This document shows, in pieces, positions 57,360 through 64,000 of a stretch of 64,000 nucleotides of DNA. Numbering within the stretch: the stretch's first letter is position 1; the number at the start of each line of letters is the position of its first letter. The DNA comes from Marsupella aquatica. Taxonomy: Eukaryota; Plantae; Marchantiophyta. A program made the translations under genes and the position numbers. The notes under the pieces are model-generated. The model was not told the DNA's origin, made no database searches, and was given only the letters and a program-made list of their open reading frames with translations. Location: the NCBI GenBank assembly GCA_973895155.1, contig OZ316899.1, forward strand, positions 14,325,934 to 14,389,933, read 5' to 3'.

Positions 57360-60299
57360 GATTAAAAGAAAAAGAATGAACGCAACACACCTTTTTAGAC
57401 GTTAGTTGCATTTAGGTGGGTATCTAGTGCTAGACAACTTTGATTAGACACTCACTAGGAGGTACCTTGTATATAGCTAGTGTAGTCTCTAGTCAAAGCT
57501 CTCTTTACATCTTCTATCGTGCCATCACGACCAGGAGGGGTCTACTCGGTGGGCCTAATCCATTTTGTACATATTGGGGTGATCCCCTTTTTGAATATGA
57601 TATTTTGACCTCGTGTTTATAGCATTATCTTTGGTTCCTAATTGGTGTATGTCACCTTCAACCCCAAACCAATATCCAAACCCCCAAAAAACCACCCATG
57701 AAACCGTGTATTCCACCCCCAGAACATTTGATAATCCGTTGCAAGTCCGTTACCATCCGTATCGGTAATATAGCAGTGTCCAATGCTACTGCCTTCGAAC
57801 TTTCCCATCCCCAACGCATCGGACCCCTCCTTCAAGGTTCCCATCTTAAATCTATCGCATAGTCCTATACAAAAAAAATGCACTTTCCGTTTTGATAAAT
57901 AACGCAATGTCCGATACAAATTACTTCGCAAATTGCCATATGAAATCTATCGGACATCCCGATTTAAATAGGATCGGACATAGGAAATCGTCGTGTACCA
58001 TCGCGTGTTAGTTATCTGATTCATTTTACATCGGACCTAAAATATCCGTAACACGTTACAACGGAACTTCCGTTGCCCAAAATATCGGAAAGTCCGATGG
58101 AAGTCTGATGGTCAATATGCGATGGTTTGGGCATCGCAAAGTGCGTTGGGAATTGCATCGGATGATAGAAATTATTGCATCAATTTTCCTGAAGGGATAC
58201 GATGTAAATCCTATCGAATAAAGGCCCGAAAATGTACTAGTGAGTGGGACGACTTTGAAGGGCCACCGAAAACGAACGGGTTCCTTTGAACTCAGTGCAC
58301 CAACAAGCAGTTTTTGGAATTGTTGGATTTCCTTCGAGTTACATTGTGGTTTACCAACAGTTGAACTGAGATAGGTAAGAACCAGGTGCTTTTAGGACAG
58401 AATCTAGGGGAGGTTAGAGATTACTGTGGGTTTCTTTACATGAAACTGTTGGACGAGTTAAATTCTAACCGCAAGGTTATAGCGGATGGAGCTCTTTCGG
58501 GAGCTGTTTCCAAGCTATCATATCATTTGCCGATGATATGCAAGTATGCTCAAAGGGAGATTTTGGGAATAAGTGGTATGGTAGATGAGATAGCAGCCAG
58601 CAGATCACAGACGACACTAGCTGAGCAAGAGGAGAATAAATCTTTGCCGTTGGTAGCAACAAGCGCCGAGGATTTTAAGAAGCCACTCCTGGAGGTGCTT
58701 AGTCCAGATGGTTGGGTGCCCAAGAAATAATCGTGTCCGAGTGGTAGTTCACCAATGCAAGCTGAAGAGGGTGAACCTGTTAGTCGGCGATGCACAAGGG
58801 GAAATAAATAGGGGCAGAAGGAAGGTGGCAGTACAACAGGGCATGGGCTCGAAGCCAAAGCAAGAGGTGCAAGAGGCAGCGTTGTTGAGGCAAGTTCCAG
58901 GTCACCGGTCGATTATGATATTGGGAATTGTGTCGGGGAGACGTCTAATGAGGAGTTTGGGATACATGGAATAAATGTGCAGAACCGAGCCGGAGTCCGG
59001 CACCGGCATTCAGCCATGGCGGAGCCGACGCTGCAAGAGCCCGCTATTCCTATTAGTGGTAAGGGGTCCGAAGAAGCGCACCAGGAGTGTTTAGGGTGCC
59101 GCTGTGAACTTGGAGTGAGAATGTCGGGGGGTCCATGGCGAGCCAAAATGAAGGTTCCAAGCAAGCACGTCAAGTTTCTGACAAGGGTCCGGGATGAGGA
59201 GCGAGTAGTTTGTGCAATTCATACCATCCAACCCTCGTCGATGGAATACCTTAGGATTGTCGAATTCGACGTTCATTTGTTTAATAAACTTCAGGAGTCA
59301 AAGACAAACACAATATTTGCCCTCAATGGTGAGGTGGTCGACTTGGTTGCTGCTATGCTTAAGGAAGAGCTGGAGTCAAAGCCGAGGATCGTTAAGATGC
59401 TGGCCGAGAAGAATTTGTTCGAAGATCAATTGAAGGAAGCTGAGGCTAAGAATAAATGGCTTGAAGATCAATTGAAGGAAGCTAAGGCTCAATTGAAGGA
59501 GACTGAGGTCGAGTTAGCGTGCAGGACGGAAGAGAGAAACGAGGCGGGGAACGAAGCCGAGAGATTGAGTGGAGATGTCGAACGTCTAAAATCGCAGGCG
59601 GACACCCCGTTGAAACAACTGCATAAGCTCATTGGCAGACCCAATGGGTGAAGTACAAGGGGGAAGGCAGCTTTGGAAGAATATCACCGAGGGATTGGCC
59701 AAGTACTTGGTCAACGTCTGTCAGTCGAGAATAATGTGAAGCCGGGTTGAGCTCCAGTCCCCCAAGGAAACTCAGGTCGAAGGGTTGATTGGGTCACGTT
59801 GGATGAAGGAGACTCGGAGCTTGATGGAACCTCCGGAGATGTATACTTAGGCAAAGAATGTAAAATTAAGTAAAGAAATAAAAGAAAGAACCGAAACAGG
59901 TAAATTGCATAAGCGTTGCTTGTCGTTAGTGAAAGTGTTTAGTTCGCTTTGATGAGTAAATTTCTCACAGAGTAATAATACCGCACATTAGGCTTGACTG
60001 GACGGTAACAAAGAATACTCTGCAATTTTTAGACTTTAGTAGTAGTTCCTAGTTAAATAGGTGAAGAACTTCCCAAGGAGGTTGTTGCTAGTTATAGGTG
60101 AAGAAATTTATATCCCCAAGGAACTTGCGGCGAGCGGGTAAGAGTGTCGGAAGAGCTGGCTGGGAATTTAGGGTTTAGGGGCCGTGCAAATTATGCGGGT
60201 GGAGTTTGGGGAATTGTGCGGGTGGGATCATCTACCTTGGGCCACTGGAGTGGAATTGCGTCATTGGGTAGGAGTAGCATGTTTAGCATGGTCTTTTGG

Positions 60300-60962
60300 T
60301 GGAACAGGGGGACGATGAATGTCGGGCAAGTACAGAGAGATCGTGTATCCACTTGACATCCTGGTTCATTGTGTGCGTACTGTGTTGTGTGTTATCTATG
60401 ATTGTAACTTGAGGATTCCACCTTGTGTATGTGAGAGTACACTTGGTCGGTCTCTAAACCAACGACACACATCCAATGGATAACCTCGGTCTACCCTCCA
60501 GGCAAGGGATGCTAAGCTGAGTGGGTCGAAAGTTAGTGGATCCTTTCCTAGTCTCCAATGAATCTCCAAACTTCCGTATTGGGGAAGTCGAGTGAAATCC
60601 TAACCATCTCCACTTTCAGTCCAGTTTGCACAATGAGTGATATAAAATATCTAAGATTAATCATATCCACACACCAACTAAACTCCGCTGTGTTTTCCTC
60701 GTCGACGCAAATTTGTCAATCGCATCATGGATGAAGTGAAGTTGTAACAAATGTGCTTTGTCCTGGCATGGAACACAGTGTCTCTTTGCCAAGTGCAATG
60801 CACTTTGATTGTCATACAAAAACCACGGCTCACCAATCTACGTGGCCAGATCAGCACCTTAGTTGCCTCAAAGGCAGGTGTGTACTCAGCCTTGGTAGTA
60901 GACAATGCAAAACCGGATGCAGTTGCCGAATTGCAGCTGATACAACCACCTGGCATGAACAC
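60300..60962 (-). pseudogene. Ty1/Copia 3' remnant (RNase H fragment, PPT, probable LTR)
   Basis: ALSTTKAEY..A.EA.K..IW..R...VFHARTKHI on the minus strand, followed by an aaagtggaga PPT-like tract at about 60607-60616. Confidence 0.7.
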
Positions 60963-63900
60963 ATAGCTACCCGCATAATTCTAATAAAACTTTGGGATGC
61001 ATTTTTTGGGTCCCATAACGTAATAAGTTCCTAATTAATATGACGCCACGCCTAACCTAAGTAAAAGTACACACTAACCTGTTCTTCTATACTAATTGAA
61101 ACAAACATGTAGATTTGTGTTTTAAAAATGCCTGAGAAGTTTAGGTCACTAGCTCCGCTAGCTAGTATTTTGGTCAAGAGAAACTGAAAATGAAGAATGA
61201 TCCATGATACATGAGACCACTCTATTTAGTGTTTAGGGATGTGTTCATCTGGATTTGGTTTTGGATTTTGGAAATTGGTTCATTGTATGTTGTTGAGTAC
61301 TTAGGATTTGGCACAATACTTTCTTGATTTTTGAATTGAGTTCCTATTCAACGCACGAGTGGACATACGGGATCCGGTGTTCTCCACTTCCAAAATGGAT
61401 TGATTTTGAATATCGGTTCACGTTGTATCAAGGATATCAATCGTTTCAAAGGTATTTGACTTCAGAGAATGTAGCATTCAGATATAGAGAATCCATCAAA
61501 ACTCTTCCACCCCTGGACATTCTTGGTGGATTTGACGGGATATGATCTTGACAATTTTAGAAAGCATTGGTTTTGGTGTGATGAAAAGGAGCGTGTTTCT
61601 ATTTTGCAAAAAATGTTTAACTTTGTTTGTTTCAAAATGGAGGTTACGGTAACATCAAAGCGGAAAAGAGACTCCTCTAAACTTGCTTCTCAAAAGAAAG
61701 CCAAGACAAGAGTGACGCCCATGGAGACATCCATTCTTTCTTATCGAGGAAAGTCTGTCAGGGAGAGATATCCGAACTTGGAATAGTATTGGATATGTAT
61801 ACGTTTTCCCAAGTCCTCATCTTGACGAATTTGTGAGATTCTGTTTTTGAGAATTTCAATGTAGGGATGTGGTCCTTGGGAAGAACCTTTTTTTTTTAAA
61901 CAAAGGAGTGAGCCCCTAAACTTTATTCCACAAGGAACAACAACAAGGAAGGCGAGGGAAAACCAAAGAAAACTGCCTGGAGGAAGGAGGCAGAGTGAAA
62001 AACACGAGGGGGGCCAGGAGAAGGAGCACCCCCATAGAGATATAGATGGGAACCACCAACCCAAACTGCCAAAGAGGAGGGAAGATTTTTTTAGCATCTA
62101 TTTTTACTGCCATAGAAATGTCCTCATTTAAGTATATTTGGGACCAGTCTCATTGTCACTTATGCCGTGGGCGACCTCAAATAAGCGGAATTGATAATGT
62201 GTAGATTTATACAAAGGCGTATGTGCAGCAAAATATAATTCTTATTGAATGCGATGCATTTCATGCTTGTTTAGATCCTGTTGTGGGATGAGTATTATAC
62301 CCTGATCTATGAACGGTGATTTTTTTATTCAGCATCCAATATCTTTGTTTGTTCCAAGTTTTTATTTCTTTATTTTTTTAAATTTATTTTCCTTTGGGTG
62401 AAATGGGTCCCCTGGAAGAGGGGACTACTATTTTAAAGGGACTAAATAAGAGCAATTAAGGTGACTTTTGTTTTTTCCCCTTCTTGTTTAGGATAAGGAT
62501 GGATGATTTTTTAGTGGGATTGAGGATCGAGGGTATCTTAAAGGAGAGGAGGAATGAAAAAGGAAAAACAAACAAACAAACAAACTTTTAGACTCTTTAG
62601 TCGGGACGGATAAGAAAGGCTACCTTAAAGGGACCAAAAACGGCAAGGGATTGTTTTTCTTAATTATTGAGAATGGATACCAAAAAGGGTAAGGGGATTG
62701 TTTTTTCTATAACTGTTGAGAAATTACAATCTTTGCATCAGTTATTTTCAAGCTTCTAGAGTGGGCGGGATGGAATGAAAATGATTATATATGCATGATG
62801 ATTTTGGACATCATTTTATGGCCATTCAGGCCCGCTCCAATTAAACTTAGGCTAGGCTAAATGTGTAACACTCGATCACACGCTACACCAACGAGATACC
62901 ACCGATTAAGAAACATAGTGAATGAGAGCATCAGTGAAGAATGAGGAGGTGAGAATGCTCTCGCTCCACCAACTTGTACCCCGCACCCCTCCCCCTGTCC
63001 TCAAGTGGTGTAAGATATGTGGGGGGGGAGCTTATCATTCATATTACAGTCCTTTAGGGTTTAGGCTATATTCTGTTCACATTTGGTGTTATGCCTGCTC
63101 TGTTTATTGGGGTTACTTATTTTTTTGGCACGTTATAAGAAGGCGCCAGCCTTGTATTATAGGTTTTAAAAAATTGTGAACACTTGAGAAGGCACATCAA
63201 CTTCAGATGGCTATCCACGACCTCCACGAGGTTCTTAACCTTGAAATTAATGATGATGGCTGATACCCTGTTGATGGCTCGTGCCAGTGCTTTTCATGCT
63301 GAGTTACTTGCCCGTTTGTGGTACTTTGGGCTCGCTGCTTTAGGTAGTGAGAGGGACAGTAGTAGGAGCCTTGAGCAGTACTGATGGTACTTGGATCTTG
63401 AAAATTGGGAGGCGGCACCTGAGGAGTAACTTATCCTTGGCCGTCATTCATGAGAGATCACACGAGAAGCAGACGGGAAGCGAGGCTTGGCATTAAGAGG
63501 GCATTGAGAGTACGATGGCGATCCAAGATGGATGGAGCCTGTAGGGTTGCGGATTGCTAGTCTGGTAGCAGTCATCGGGAGCATCCCAGCCTCTGCTGCA
63601 CGAAAGACCTAACCATCGGCCACACTTTACGGTTCGCCCACCCCGAGAGTAAAAAACAACACTACTTAAACAGTATCCTCTGGTGGATTTCCTGTGGCTT
63701 GCTCCCTACCGTAGCGTACTGTTGCCCGTGTCTGTGCTCTCTCTGCACCCTCGCCAGTGAATAGGGAGATCACGCAAATGAATGACGACAACTCTGCCGG
63801 CGTCGGATTCTCTGGCATTGGAAACCAAAGCTTTCATCCAATTGGAAGGTAGGGTCTTAAACCCCCATCTGTCATTTACCCTACGCGACTCTTTGGTAGG

Positions 63901-64000
63901 ATATGCGACTTCTTTTGCAGAGAACCATGGGCGACGATGCAAATGAGATGATATACAACGCGCGATGTTGTCAACCTTTCTTCCGGCCCGCTGAGGCAGC

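Larger units (their letters stand above)
47761..58242 (-). mobile_element. CACTA/En-Spm transposon 2 (10.5 kb), decayed
   Basis: TIR CACTAGTACATTTT at both ends. 3-bp TSD AGT at 47758-47760 and 58243-58245. Dense tccgata/tatcgga subterminal repeats. Tnp2 remnants. Confidence 0.96.
47145..59651 (+). pseudogene. Athila-ORF1/Transposase_32-like coiled-coil gene split by CACTA-2 (47145-47760 + 58246-59651)
   Basis: Removing the CACTA restores ...VAKIEKS|EWDDFEGPPKTNGFL*TQCTNKQFLELLDFLRVT...EIGKNQV...RDYCGFL...VSKLSYHLPMICKYA, collinear with ORF1 (GPSTKNGFFWNTCTNPHIGEMIDFLRVT...EIGKAQV...RDYNGYL...VSRLGYHMPLLCRYA). Confidence 0.88.

Noticed and set aside
61300-62120. Fragmentary plus-strand ORFs
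   Set aside because: Too decayed to assign, with no boundaries or motifs.
62864-64000. tgtaacac plus gatacca as LTR/PBS of another retroelement, with downstream ORF fragments
   Set aside because: The order and spacing do not fit an LTR-PBS junction. No partner LTR, TSD or domain is visible before the window ends.

Overview
This is plant nuclear DNA made almost entirely of transposable elements (TEs). No intact host gene, RNA gene or CRISPR array was found. A seed-free land plant is a guess from the short introns and LTRs. Boundaries were read from termini and target-site duplications (TSDs). (1) An 8.2-kb TG...CA element at 9647-17884 (TSD CTTGT) has no terminal direct repeats and looks like a solo LTR, yet it carries two Athila-ORF1/Transposase_32-like coiled-coil genes. 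(2) There is a four-level nest. A non-autonomous Bianca-type Copia derivative (19303-46239, TSD ATCTT) carries a decayed copy of a host BBR/BPC GAGA-binding factor. Inside it is a solo LTR (20313-44039, TSD CACAT). Inside that is a 21-kb CACTA (20499-41854, TSD CAA) with an intact transposase and open cargo ORFs: an EDM2-type composite PHD finger, a tandem BRCT and an F-box-like protein. Innermost is a young Bianca Copia (36644-41450, TSD ATATG) whose single ORF has lost protease and integrase core in frame. (3) A second CACTA (47761-58242, TSD AGT) holds a SET-domain exon inside the predicted first intron of its transposase gene, splice-compatible with the transposase's N-terminal zinc-domain exon. 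The strongest candidate for an undescribed system is CACTA-encoded chromatin machinery (EDM2-like histone reader; transposase-domain/SET fusion), possibly for anti-silencing. Domain calls come from motif recognition by eye, not database searches.
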